From Neodothiora populina (Eukaryota), in contig NW_027191405.1 in NCBI RefSeq assembly GCF_041146345.1, positions 930,001 to 994,000 on the forward strand: a stretch of 64,000 bases of DNA. The letters are read 5' to 3'. This document shows positions 49,821 through 62,056 of the stretch, piece after piece. Both the position numbers and the translations under genes were made by a program. Numbering within the stretch: position 1 is the first letter of the stretch; every line of letters begins with the position of its first letter. A model generated the notes under the pieces. That model did not search any database and was not told the DNA's origin. It saw only the letters and a list, made by a program, of their open reading frames with translations.

Positions 49821-52049
49821 TCAAGCATCATTCTTACCCATGACCTTGGCAGCCTGCACGGCATTCATCTTCTGCGTCCAGCCAGGCGCCGGCTGGAACT
49901 TGCGCACCGTCCTGATCTCGTCGAGCGAGTATCCCGGCACTCTGATGTTATAGTTGCGCTCGAGGATGATCTGGACGTCGCGGATGTCGAGCGTCGAGTT
50001 GGGTCTGATCTTGGCGAGGCGGCACGCGGATGCTATGACGTTGTCTACGAAGTCGTCGGCTAGGGTGAGGACGGCCTTTTTTATTTTTTTTGGGTCATCG
50101 TTAGCTTTGGCTTGGGGGGTTTTTTTTGGACTTTGTAAAGGGGAAAATTTTATTACCTCTTCGACTTCAGGAGTCAGGCCGTCGTTCTCGCCGCCGCCTG
50201 TCACTTGGCGCACTAGTTCGTCTAGCTTCTTCTTGCTCAAGACGCGGTCGCCTTCGCCTTCGAGGATGAAGCCGGGCTGCTTGGCTATGGCTGGTTGGCC
50301 CATCATGCCGGGTGCGCCGTTGCTTGGCCCACCGAATGTAGGGCGAGCGGGAGCCATGGTGACTGGGGTCGGAGGAGGAACACTGAGCGTTCGCGGGATG
50401 GGGAACTTTTGATTCACGTTCATGGAGTTCTGAGCGGCTGCCATTTGAGGGTAGGGTGTGTTGTCTGCTGGGTTCGGCGTTACTTGTGGCATGGTCGTCT
50501 GCTGAGAATAACTGCGGTTGGCTTGGCTGATAGCGGCCTGTTGACTTAGTGCTTGCGGGACCGACGCGCTGCCCGTTTGGCCTGGCTGTTGGGTTGATGG
50601 GGATTGGAATGTGTTTTGTTGATGAGGTGCGGGTTGTGGGCGGGGTGGCATATTGTTGGGTTGTTGTTGTTGTTGTTGCTGTTGTTGCACAAACTGCTGG
50701 TTCTGATGAGGTGCCTGGTTGGGTTGCGCGTTCTGGTTCGAAGGCTGGAATTGACCTGCTACTGCTGGACTCATTGCGTTTCTGACTTGATTTTGTGCGT
50801 TGTCAGTGGCTGGTGATTGGTTGTACATTTGACCAGCTGCAGGCATCTGAGGCTGTCTCATCTGTTGTTGCTGCTGCTGCTGGGGCTGCTGTTGCTGTGG
50901 TTGCTGCTGTTGCGGCTGCGGATGTTGTTGCGCTGGCTGCTGCTGTGGTTGTTGAACTTGTTGTTGTTGGACAGGTTGCTGCTGTTGCTGTTGCTGCGGT
51001 GCCATCTGTTGTTGTTGTTGTTGCTGTTGCTGCTGCTGCTGTTGGGCTTGCTGCAAAGCATGTTGCACCTGTGCAGGCTGTTGGTTCATCATCTGCTGAC
51101 CCGGACCAGCATTCTGAACGGGTGAAGCAGCAGTCATGGAAGGTTGTTGTTGTTGTTGTTGTTGTTGCTGCTGGGGCTGTTGCTGTTGTTGACCATGGGC
51201 AGCAGCGGCGGCGTTTTGGTCTTTCTGGGCTTGCCAAAAAGCGCGATTCTTTTCATTTTCCACACGGAGCACCTCTATTCTCTGCTTGCCTGTAGTGACA
51301 GCCTGCTTCGCATTCTCTCTAGCCTGTATGATATCATTGCCGGGCTGTTGACCACTGCCCTCGATCTGCTTTATGCGTTGGTCCAATGCAGTGTATCGGT
51401 TCATTCCTGTCTCCTGCGTCATGACGGCCTGACCGAGAGCACGCTGAACGCGCACCTTGTACGCTTCCCAGTCCGGCGAGTTTGGAGGAACGTTGGCAGG
51501 AGGGAAAACCTGGAAACGGGCGAGGAAGGCCTTTGCTGTCTGAGAGAGTTGCTGTTGCTGGGGTTGGGCTTGTTGCTGAGGATGCTGTTGCTGCTGCTGT
51601 TGACCTTGCTGCTGTTGTGGCTGTGCCTGCTGCTGCTGAGGTTGCTGCGACTGGCCTTGCTGGGCTTGACCTTGGTTCTGACCCTGCTGCATCTGCATCT
51701 GGAACTGTTGTCCCTGCTGTCCCTGCTGTCCCTGCTGTCCCTGCTGGTTCTGAGGTTGAGCTTGCTGGCTCGGTGGGCGCTGCTGCTGCTGCTGGCTCTG
51801 AGCACCAGCTTGCGACACCGGGCGTTGGCCACTGTTACTGGACTTCCAGGTGGAGATTCTCAGCATGATGTCTTTGGACACAGCCTTGATCTTATTGAAA
51901 GCAATCTGGTGCTGTTCTGACTCTGCTGGCTGAGTCTCCAGGACATTCCATAGTTTAGTGAGACCGTCGCTGTATTTCTTCTTGGTCACCTCGTCGAGCA
52001 TGGGCAGCTTGGTCAGATGCTCTGGCCTTATCATGTCCATACCCGCCAT
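49821..52049 (-). CDS. TAF12: TFIID/SAGA subunit Taf12 with long polyQ region; exons 52049-50157, 50075-49821
   Basis: Histone fold '[62 protein letters not shown]'. Confidence 0.94.
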   Translation of the reverse strand: MAGMDMIRPEHLTKLPMLDEVTKKKYSDGLTKLWNVLETQPAESEQHQIAFNKIKAVSKDIMLRISTWKSSNSGQRPVSQAGAQSQQQQQRPPSQQAQPQNQQGQQGQQGQQGQQFQMQMQQGQNQGQAQQGQSQQPQQQQAQPQQQQGQQQQQQHPQQQAQPQQQQLSQTAKAFLARFQVFPPANVPPNSPDWEAYKVRVQRALGQAVMTQETGMNRYTALDQRIKQIEGSGQQPGNDIIQARENAKQAVTTGKQRIEVLRVENEKNRAFWQAQKDQNAAAAAHGQQQQQPQQQQQQQQQQPSMTAASPVQNAGPGQQMMNQQPAQVQHALQQAQQQQQQQQQQQQQMAPQQQQQQQPVQQQQVQQPQQQPAQQHPQPQQQQPQQQQPQQQQQQQMRQPQMPAAGQMYNQSPATDNAQNQVRNAMSPAVAGQFQPSNQNAQPNQAPHQNQQFVQQQQQQQQQPNNMPPRPQPAPHQQNTFQSPSTQQPGQTGSASVPQALSQQAAISQANRSYSQQTTMPQVTPNPADNTPYPQMAAAQNSMNVNQKFPIPRTLSVPPPTPVTMAPARPTFGGPSNGAPGMMGQPAIAKQPGFILEGEGDRVLSKKKLDELVRQVTGGGENDGLTPEVEEVIKFSPLQSPKKTPQAKANDDPKKIKKAVLTLADDFVDNVIASACRLAKIRPNSTLDIRDVQIILERNYNIRVPGYSLDEIRTVRKFQPAPGWTQKMNAVQAAKVMGKNDA

Positions 52050-52736
52050 ATTGACGCGTTTGTGAGCGGTAGACTTCTGCCTGATTCCGAGTATTGATGT
52101 GCCGAGTGAGTAGAGATAGTGAGTCGCGGTGGGTCAAGTCCTGTTGCAGTCGAGCCCGTGTCGCAAGTCCGATTCACAATTCCAGATCTGGTGAGCGCTG
52201 CAATGTCAATCTGTGATTTTGTATCTCGCCAAATCGGGGATGAATGCTGTCGCAAGTTGATCCGGAAGCATAAAACCAAGATGCAGAACCTGGAGAGTAT
52301 TATGTTGTGGGATGTGGGATGATTGGGTGTATAGTGGTATATACTCAAGAAAGTGGAAGAAGGTGACTTTGGTGGATTGATGTCGTGTGGGGAAGTCATA
52401 CGCCGCTAATGCAACACAAGTGTCATACAGTACTATACTGAGGTATACAATAGAGTCCACCGTGGTCTCATGTCAAAGCCGGCGTTGCGAGTGAAAACAA
52501 TTCACATCACATGCACATGGCAATTTCTGATGGTCAATTAAGCATACTAGGCCTGTTCATTCATTCGTGGGTTGGAACCTCTCCAACTCATACATAGTGC
52601 TTGAGCCCATCGTCCTGTTTCTGAAGCCCCGATGCATACTATACAATCATACACGGGCACAGTCGGGTCCGGCCACCTGTATGATTTCGCCTTTCATACG
52701 CATGATAACTCAAGGTATGGCTCGCCTCGTCTACTT

Positions 52737-54561
52737 CTATAATGTGAGTTTGAGATCTCTCTTGAAAGTCTCGGGCATGACCAGGACCGCATCTCTGGCC
52801 GGGTTTCTTGGCGCCTGTGCTGGGAAGTCCACGAGTGCCTTCCTGAGTGCCACCAAACCAGCCTGTCCGTAGAACCCCACGAATCTGGGGATGTAACCAT
52901 CAATCAGCGCTTTGAGCACATAGAAGTGTGTCGGTTGCGCTTCTGTTGGTGGAGTGTTGACGATATAACTCAGCGACTTCCAGTAATTCGACGGCGGATA
53001 CGGGTTGTCGTTCTTGGACTTGCTGAAGTCTCGCAAGGCTAGTGCTCCATAGCCTGCACCGAGTCCAGTCATGCGTTCAATGTGTCGCTGCTCCCCTACC
53101 CAGCTGCCGTCTTCCTTCCACCACCCAATCCGAGTGCGCCCCTGTGCCGTCTTCTCGCTGCCATAGATGCCCCATAGGATTGGACAGACCGCATGGTACT
53201 TGGCCAGGAGGATGTCGATCAAGGAGACCGTCCTGTCTTTGGCTTTAAATAGAGGTTGCGAGAATATGCTGACTGCCATGATTCCGATAGGCTCGGCAAT
53301 CTTCGGTGACACTGAGGCTTCATTGATCAATTGCGATATCACGCTCTTCGACAGAATATTCAGAAGGTAGATAAATGCTCCGGACATTGGTATCGGCGAT
53401 CCGTCCGTTGCGGTGGAGATGATGTATGACGAGACGTCAACACTGGGCTCGGAGAATTGCTGCGCTTGTTGCAGAGTCTGCGTCATGTCGAGCAACTACA
53501 GGGAAATCCATTAGCTTGTGTGTCTTATACTCGAAGCATCCACTTATAATTACCGGCTTCCTGTTTCCTCCCTTTTCTGTCGTCAATTGTCCAACAGTCT
53601 GTACGACCTTTCGCCGCCAATCTCCGAGCTGCTTCTTCAGTGCCGGTGATTTTTTACTTTCAGACACCACATACTTGCGCATCTCCTTCAGACGCTTGTG
53701 GAGACCCAGATAACGCCGATGCGTAGCTTCACGCTCAGCAGCCGAATTTGTCAACGAAGGGGCGCCGCTTTGCACGATTTGATTGACAGGTGCGCTCGGT
53801 GTTGGTTGTGCTTGCGCTGGGGCCGGAGATGGATGCGCATGAGTGGCTGGAGGCCCTTGGCCAGGCTGAGTGGTCGGAGCGGCAGCGGCGACAATAGCTG
53901 TACCTGTGCTTGGAGCCGCAGCAGCAGGTTGTGCTTGCGCATTCTCCGTTGCTTTGGTTGCTGCCGCAGCCGCACTGCTGGCTTGCTCTTTTGACTTGCG
54001 CTCACGTTCCTCGTCCTCTTGCTTCTTCTTCTGCCCAGCCTCCTCTTCTTCCCTCCGCTTCTGCTCAGCGAGCCGCGTGCGCGTGGTCTCGATGTCTTTC
54101 TCTTCTGCCAAGCGCTTCTTCTGGTCTTCTGCTTGTCGCTCTAGCTCTTCCTTCAATCGCTTCCTCTCGGCAGCCTCTCTCTCGACCTTCTCTCGCCTCG
54201 CCGCATCGAGCACTCTCAATTCTTCCTCCTCTCGACGCTTTCTTTCGCGCTCGATCTCAAGTTCGACCCTCTCTCGCGCGCGTTCGGCGCTTTCCCTGAC
54301 ACGTTCATGCTCAGCGGCAGCAATGGCAAGGGCTTCCTTGTGCAGTCTCTCTTGTTCGGCGAGCTGGTCGTCTAGACCTTTGTGGAAGCCACGATCCTCA
54401 TCAATATATAGGCGATTGAACTCTTCCCACACAGAAGAAGCGACGGAATCTGTCTTTGGCCGATAAGGCGAGTGTTGACCACTCCGACGATTCCTCATAT
54501 CATCACGTAGACCTCGTGCTGATGGATTGGACGTCTCTGACCGTTTCCATGGTGAACTCAT
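52737..54561 (-). CDS. GLE1: mRNA export factor Gle1; exons 54561-53554, 53495-52737
   Basis: N-terminal coiled coil and C-terminal Gle1 domain 'DILLAKYHAVCPILWG..IGW..HIERMTGLGAGYGAL..YWKSLSYIVN'. Confidence 0.85.
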
Positions 54562-56524
54562 CAGGCCCTGAGAGTCCGCAATGCCTTCACAAAGTACTAG
54601 GAGATGTGTAATTCACAATTTATGTTGGCCGGAAAAAGAAAACGCGTGTTTCAAGACAAAGCGTCGGATCACACAAAGAGAAGAAGAGCTGAAACTGGAA
54701 ATGAAAGAGTGTAAGAAGAGCGAGCAAGCATCTCGGTCGCGAAAGTGTATCGGGCGAATGATACAGCAATAATAGAGATGTCTGTTGTTGACGTTGTGCA
54801 CATGAAGAAGTAAAGAGTTCATGTTTCCTTGGATTGCTTCCATGATTCGTCTCGAGTCATGTCAAAGCTCCCTTTGGCTCTCAGCCCTATCCGTCACATT
54901 CGCTTCAGCCTGCCGCATGCACATGTGGCTAAGGTACCTAGGTAGCTCTGCCTTCCTGTACACAGCGTTTGCAGAGTGCAGCACGATGGATGCACGCACG
55001 CTCGCGGCACATCCATCCACTGCTGCTGCACCGTTGCTTGTTCGGGTATGGATAAAATATTAGTCGTGTCCCATTCGCCGTATTACTGGACCCTGGCAAG
55101 CACGCAGTCAAGAAAAGGTACCTTGTTCTTGGTGTTTGATATCAGTAATGCTGCTCAAGATATCTGTGGTCCGTAATATTCTCTTTGAAGGATAAATGGC
55201 TAGGCCAGGACTCGACAAAGGAGATCTTGGTATCAGCTAACCTTAGCTTCTTTAGTTCTTTGGCTCGATCCCCGGACGGTTGAGTAGGGCGTCACGCTGC
55301 AGACACGGTCGAAAAAAGGCAAATACGCAACGTTGTAACTCGCACTTGGTACATTAGCTGGAGGATAGATGATATTTATCTCGTCATTACTGCTATAACC
55401 TCAAGAGTGGCGGGAAATCGAGAACGCTGTTCAGTTATAGACCATCTGGTACGACATCGGTCAGCTACAAAACCAGATGAGGATTGGCAAAAAGTGAGCC
55501 GAATAGCGCACGGCTAGGACAAGCTGGAGAGATATTGTCACATGGAAATTGCGTCCTATACGCTTGGCTTGCAACTAGAAAGCATGCGTCCATCGATGAT
55601 GACGTCCCGTATTACCAAAGGACTCCCGTCGGTCGGCTCTATCAATCTCTCGAGTTGTATATGCGAACTACACCTGAAACATGATGGACAGTGACGGATT
55701 TGTCGTGTAGATAATTATAGCCGCAACCGGGCTTTGTCGACAAAGTTTCCCTGTCTGCATGCGGAGAAGCTCTCCAGAGAGGCCACAGTTCCACCTTTCG
55801 CTTGAACCTACTAGTGCGGCGGGCGATGTCATACGGCAGCCCAGAAAGATCCACACCTCCTTCTCGCCATTCAAATCATCGCCATCTCTGCTCATCCCGC
55901 GCTCTCACACCCACACCCACCTTACCTTCCTTTCCGCTCCATCTACACAGTCCCTCCTCCCTCTTTCCACCCCCCTTTGCCCCCTCCTCCCCACTCACTG
56001 CCTTCCTGGTAGACTGCTTTTGAGACTGTGTTGTCTCGTCCGATACAGGCTGCCATCCACAGGCAGCTGCGACTCCCGCTCCTTCCCTATAACCTGCTCG
56101 GCTGTACAGCCACCTCCCCCAGTCTGGCCAGGTCTCAATCCTTACAGCAATTCGACTGCATCAAATTGCGCAACATTGCAATCACTCTGAGAAAGAACCT
56201 CTCCAACACAAGCAGTTAACACTATTCGGCCTTTTCTTGGGAAGCTCATTTACATCGACAAATTCGACACTCGGTATGCTCGACATCTGCAGCTCTATAC
56301 CACTAAGCTTGCAATGTCCACTTCTGACTAGCAACAGCGTTATCACGTATCAGCACTACCCGCAACGTCGATAGATTGTACTGTATGTCTTATCTCTCCT
56401 GATGCAAATTCTAATAGCCGATGGACTGATCAATCGTTAGCCCCCGCACAGCACACTGACCAAGGTGTCGTGAACGACATACTTCCTCGTCACCTGTCTA
56501 CTGTATCATATTCACATCAAGAGA

Positions 56525-59500
56525 ATGGATCAACAAGGACAGAACGGACCTGCAGGTCCAGGCGGCCGTCGTCTTCACATCGCTCACAGGCGCAGCCCCT
56601 CTGAGCTTACTCCCCTGATGAGTACGTCACTTGTCATTCCTAGGGCTTACGCATTCACTGTATACGTACCCTGTATGACTACAGATCTTCTGCTAACATT
56701 CTTCACTCCGCAGTGGAGCAACTCGCTCTTGCACAGCAGATCGAACTGCTTCAGCAGCAACAACAGCAGATTGCTGCTACTCACCAACAATATGTTAACA
56801 TGGGCATGATTCAGCCTCAGCAACAACTACCTAACCAAAACTATCAACAGATGCAGAGCCAGATGCAAGGCGCAGCCGGCAATGCTTTCCAATTCCCGCA
56901 GCAGCATCTGCAGATGCCCATGGCTGCTGGCCTCCAACAAGCAGGTGGTCATCGCCGTAACCAGTCAGCATTGCCTACGATGAGCATGGGCCCCCCACCA
57001 GCACCATCTTCGGGTACATCTGGATCTGCTTTCGGTGAATTCAGCTTCCCCGCTGGCGGCAGCAACAAGACTGAAAATGTCAACCCTCGTGGCAGAGGAG
57101 GTGGCTCGACCGGCGGCGGCCATACCCGCAGACACTCCCTTGCACTCCCCGAGGCCAAGAAGGCCGCTGAACTAGCTGAGCAGAAACGCAAGCAGTCAGG
57201 TTTTCAATTCCCTATTCCTGGTGCCTCCGGTGCCGCTCCTTCGTCGCCTCAAACTCGATCGGACAGCCCCGGGACCCAGAGTAATGATATGCCGCCCCCT
57301 GCCAGCACTCTTTCAGCTCGGGGTAGCGGACGAGCCGCCGGCCACGGTCGTAGCCAGAGTATGGCTGTCGGCAACAACAGGGGTGCAGGCCGTGGCGGCC
57401 CTGCAGGTTTCCAGTTCCCACCTCCGATGGCCACCAACGATGCGGGCGCAAGCGACCCTCAACGCCGTGGTAGTCAAGGGCATGGCAGGAGCGCTTCTCG
57501 CAATTTCGAGGGCAACTGGCGTCAACAGCAGCCAACCATCCAGGAGCAGCATGCAACCAACATGGGCAACTTCCAGATGAACCAACATGCCGGAGCACAG
57601 CCCTTCCAGCCTGGCCACCGTTCTCGCCAGTCCATGAGCAACAACTCCGTAAGCTCCATCAGCGGCTTCCAGTTTCCTCAACAGCCTCAACTCGTCCAAC
57701 TTCCCCAAGGTCAAGTCTTGATGCAGGGCAACATGTTTGGTGCTCAAGGGCTCAATGCTCTGCAGCTGGCTCAGATCCAGGCATACCAGGCTGCTGGTCT
57801 CCAGCCACCAATGCCCGCTGGCCAACAGCCTCAGATGAGCATGCAGCAGCAACAGCAGCAACGCAAGACTCTCTTCACTCCTTATCTGCCGCAGGCAACC
57901 CTGCCCGCTCTCCTCGGCGATGGACAGCTTGTCGCCGGTGTTCTCCGTGTCAACAAGAAGAACAGAAGTGATGCGTACGTCACTACCACCGATCTGGACG
58001 CCGACATCTTCATTTGTGGTAGCAAGGACCGCAATCGTGCCCTCGAGGGTGACCTGGTCGCCGTCGAGCTCCTGGATGTTGACGAGGTCTGGGGCCAGAA
58101 GCGTGAAAAGGAGGAAAAGAAGAAGCGCAAGGACATGACCGACAGCCGTGGTGGATCCATCACCGCTGTCAATGATGCCACTACTCAGCCCGAGTCTTCT
58201 GCGGCTGAAGGCGGTATCCGCAGACGCGGCAGTCTCAAGCAGCGCCCTACGCAGAAGAAGAACGACGATGTCGAAGTCGAAGGCCAGAGTCTGCTTCTCA
58301 TGGAGGAGGACGAGATCAACGACGACCAGAAGCCGTTGTACGCAGGCCACGTTGTTGCTGTCATCGAACGTGTAGCAGGACAGATGTTCTCGGGTACTCT
58401 CGGACTCCTTCGTCCTAGCAGCCAAGCCACCAAGGAGCGACAGGAGGCTGAGCGTCATGGCCGTGACGGAGGTCATGGCCGCAACCAACAGGACAGACAC
58501 CAAGACCGCCCGAAGATCGTCTGGTTCAAGCCTACTGACAAGCGTGTGCCTCTAATTGCCATCCCAACTGAGCAAGCTCCAAAGGACTTTGTCGACAGGC
58601 ATCAGGACTATGCAAACAAGATCTTCGTTGCATGCATCAAGAGATGGCCCATCACCTCCCTTCACCCTTTCGGTACTCTCGTCGAACAGCTTGGTGATGC
58701 TGGTGATCTGAGAGTGGAGACTGACGCCCTTTTGCGTGACAACAACTTCGGCCCAGATGATTTCTCGGATGCTGTCATCAAAAACATTGGATATGAAGAT
58801 TGGTCTGTCGCCAAGGATGGCGAGGCCGCATTGGAATCCCGCCGCGACTTCCGTGATGAACACACATTTACCATCGACCCCAATGGAAGCAAGGAATTGG
58901 ATGATGCAATCCACTTCAAGACTCTCAGCGATGGTCACGTGGAGATTGGTGTTCACGTTGCTGACATCACCCACTTTGTCAAACCAGCCTCGCTTGTGGA
59001 TCGCGAGGCGAAGAAGCGTGGCACCGGAGTGTACTTGATGAATAGAACCGTCAACATGCTCCCGCCCAGAATTTCTTCGGAGATTTGCTGTCTCAGCCCA
59101 GGCGAGGAGAGATACACTGTGAGTGTGGTCTTCAAGGTCAACCCCGACACCGGTCGTGTGCTCGAGGAGGACACGTGGGTTGGCAAAGCCATCATAAAGA
59201 GCTCCGGCAAGCTGTCTTACGACGAGGTCGATGCCATCATCACTGGAAAGGGTGATGCGGGACTTGGTGACGAACGTGCCAACAAGATCAAGATGCTACA
59301 TTCGATCACCCAGAAGCTTCGCCAGGCAAGATTCGGAGATCGATCAGCCGACATTCCTCCTCTGCGTCTTCTGTACCAGCTTGACGACGAGAATGTGCCG
59401 GTTGAGCAGAACATCTTTGACTCTTCTCCAGCACATGAGCTCATCGAGGAAATCAGCCACAAGACCAACGCTTTCGTTGCACAGAAGATTTTGGCAGGTC

Positions 59501-60736
59501 TTCCGGAGAAGGCACTTCTCCGAAGACAGGCGCCACCCAACCCACGTCGCCTCCAGACCTTCGCTGATCGCATGTCCAACATCGGTTTCGACATTGATCC
59601 TACCAGCAGTGGATCTCTGCAGGCCAGCCTCTTTAAGGTCGAGGATCCGGAGCTACGCAAGGGTATGGAGACGCTGGTCGTCAAGGCAATGCAGCGTGCG
59701 AAGTACTGCATTCCTGCCAAGGTTGCCGAGGATGCCCTTCCTCACTACGCACTCAATCTGCCCGTGTACACTCACTTCACCAACCCTTCCAGACGCTATG
59801 CAGATATCATTGTGCATCGCCAGCTTGAGCACGTCCTTAGCAATGGCGCCGTGGAATTTGCCGAGGACATTGAGACACTGGCCAAGACTGCCGAGACATG
59901 CAACACGAAGAAGGATTCCGCCCAAGCTGCTCAGGAGCAGAGTGTGCATATCGAGTCGTGCCGAATCATGGATAAGAAGAGCCAGGAAGCCGGTGGCGAT
60001 CTGATTACCGAAGGTATCATTCTCTGTGTGTACGAGTCCGCCTTTGACGTCCTCATTCCGGAATACGGTTTCGAGAAGCGTGTGCACTGCGATCAGTTGC
60101 CGTTAAAGAAGGCCGAGTTCGACAAGAACAAGCGTCTTCTTGAACTCTACTGGGAGAAGGGTGTGCCGTCCTCAACCTTCGTGCCCGAGGACGAGAAACC
60201 CAAGGCAGGTCGTGTGGCTGCTGCCTCTGCGTCAGCCGCTGCTGCGCGTGCCAAGGAGACGGAGGAAGCTCAACGCAAGAAGATGGAGACTGGCACCATC
60301 TCTACCGACGATGTTGATGCGCTGTTCGATGATGATGACGATGAAGACGGCGGTGTGTCAGAAATCACTGACCAGACGGCCGGAGTGTCTCTCAACGCAG
60401 ACCGCAACACTCAGAGCATGCCACCTTCCCCGACACGCAATGGCAACGTCAAGCAAGGTCCTCAAAGGACCAAGTCTGACTCGAAGCTGCTCCATGGATC
60501 CACAGCAGAGACGAAGCTCAGCAGCAGGGACAAGTACCTAGACATGTTCAAGCTGCGGGAAGTGAACGGTGATTACATCCAGGATGTCACCGAGATGACC
60601 AGGGTACCTGTGATCCTTAAGACGGACATGACGAAGAGTCCCCCGTAAGTCCAAGTAAACCTTGTGTATTTTCAGATCAGAACTAACATTATCCAGGTGC
60701 TTGACAATCAGAACCCTCAACCCATATGCTCTATAA
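56525..60736 (+). CDS. SSD1: Ssd1/Gul1 RNase II-family pseudonuclease, mRNA-binding protein; exons 56525-56621, 56714-60644, 60697-60736
   Basis: Q-rich N-terminus with several HxRxxS-type NDR/Cbk1 sites (HRRSPS, HRRNQS, HTRRHS, HGRSQS, HGRSAS). Also 'RKTLFTPYLPQA', 'FICGSKDRNRALEGD', 'IVWFKPTDKRVPLIAI' and RNB domain 'YTHFTNPSRRYAD'. Confidence 0.96.
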
Positions 60737-61270
60737 GCGTATGACCATGGGATGTTGACGTATGACGTTGATGCATTCGTCGTTGCGATATGTCGCAGCA
60801 TGCACTGATGGTGTAGCAGAATTCGAAGGGTACTGGAAACTGGACTCACTTGAATTCTTGCATTCCAGCTGTCAGCTTTCGACTGTTGGCGTTGGCGGCC
60901 ACTAGTTGGCTAAGAATGAATTGAAGCGTGTTGCCAGCAGTGGGCATTTCAGTCTGCATGGCGTACGACTCGATGGCAACACGACTCGCAGAATTGTAAA
61001 GAAAGAATGGGGGTTCTGAAGACACAAAAAAAGCAAAGCAAAGCAAAGCACGCCAAAGAAGAAAAAGAGGTGGAGATTGAGGGGACGGGCTGTAGATGCA
61101 AAATGATTATTGTTGATGGTCAGGGGTTAACAAGAATTTCATTTTATTATTATGGAGATAGTCGTCATTAGTCTTGTAACATTTTCCTTGCTAGTTGTCC
61201 TTTTTCGATGTTTTTGATGCTTGTTCTACAGCGTTCAGCTAGTGTATTGAAGAAAAAATGACAGACGGAA

Positions 61271-62056
61271 TTAATCATCAAAGCCAGACTTCGCCCATGG
61301 TGACATCCACCGAAGTTGAGGAAGCTCTCTCTCAGCAACAATCTGCCACTGCGAGATAGGTTTGCTCGTGTCGACCAAGACCAGGCTTCCGCCTGTGGCG
61401 ACCACTCCTTGATCGTCTGTTGACAGATGGCGAGAGGCATTGTGCACGTCTTGTTGTATGGCTTCGATCTGCTCTCGAACCTCAGGAGTCGGAAGACTGG
61501 CACTTTGAAGCAAAGGAAAAAGAGAACGCCGTCAATAAGTCTTTTCCTGTTTCGGGTCATGTGGATAGTACAGTACATACTACATCAAGCTCATGTGAGG
61601 CAGATATTGCTCCGTAGCCCAGCCACGGGCGGCAGTAGGAGCAGCAGTAAACAGGTCTACAGCCTGTGCGCGACAGGAAGCCGCCAAAGAAAGCAGAGAG
61701 GCGCTCTTCTCGCACTTGATGGTCAGTTTCTTGGTGAACGCGTCGCCGGCTTCCAGTCGTTCTAGAGCGACGGCGATTGATTCCTCGTCTTCATCGGTGC
61801 TTGCCATGTCGAGATGGAGGTTACCGAGCCATGCTTGGAAGTCTGGCTCGTCGTTGACCGTCGCTGATTGGGGAGCTTTGGATAAGGGGAGTCGGTTTAG
61901 AGGTATATCTGATGTTATGGTGACGTGGGGGATGAATGTGTGGGTTTCTGTGTGTGGGAAGTGAGAAGTGGGGATGGTGGTTGTTATAAGGGATTGGATG
62001 ATTTTGCTAAAGTGCGAGTCTGGAGGGGGGATAATCCAGAGAGAGGCGCCTGGCAT
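61271..62056 (-). CDS. 2H-phosphoesterase, cyclic nucleotide phosphodiesterase (Cpd1-like); exons 62056-61581, 61502-61271
   Basis: Two HxT/S motifs (PHVTI, PHMSL) and 'MPGASLWIIPP'. The GTATGT..AAG intron gives 'HMSLMYASLP'. Confidence 0.85.
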
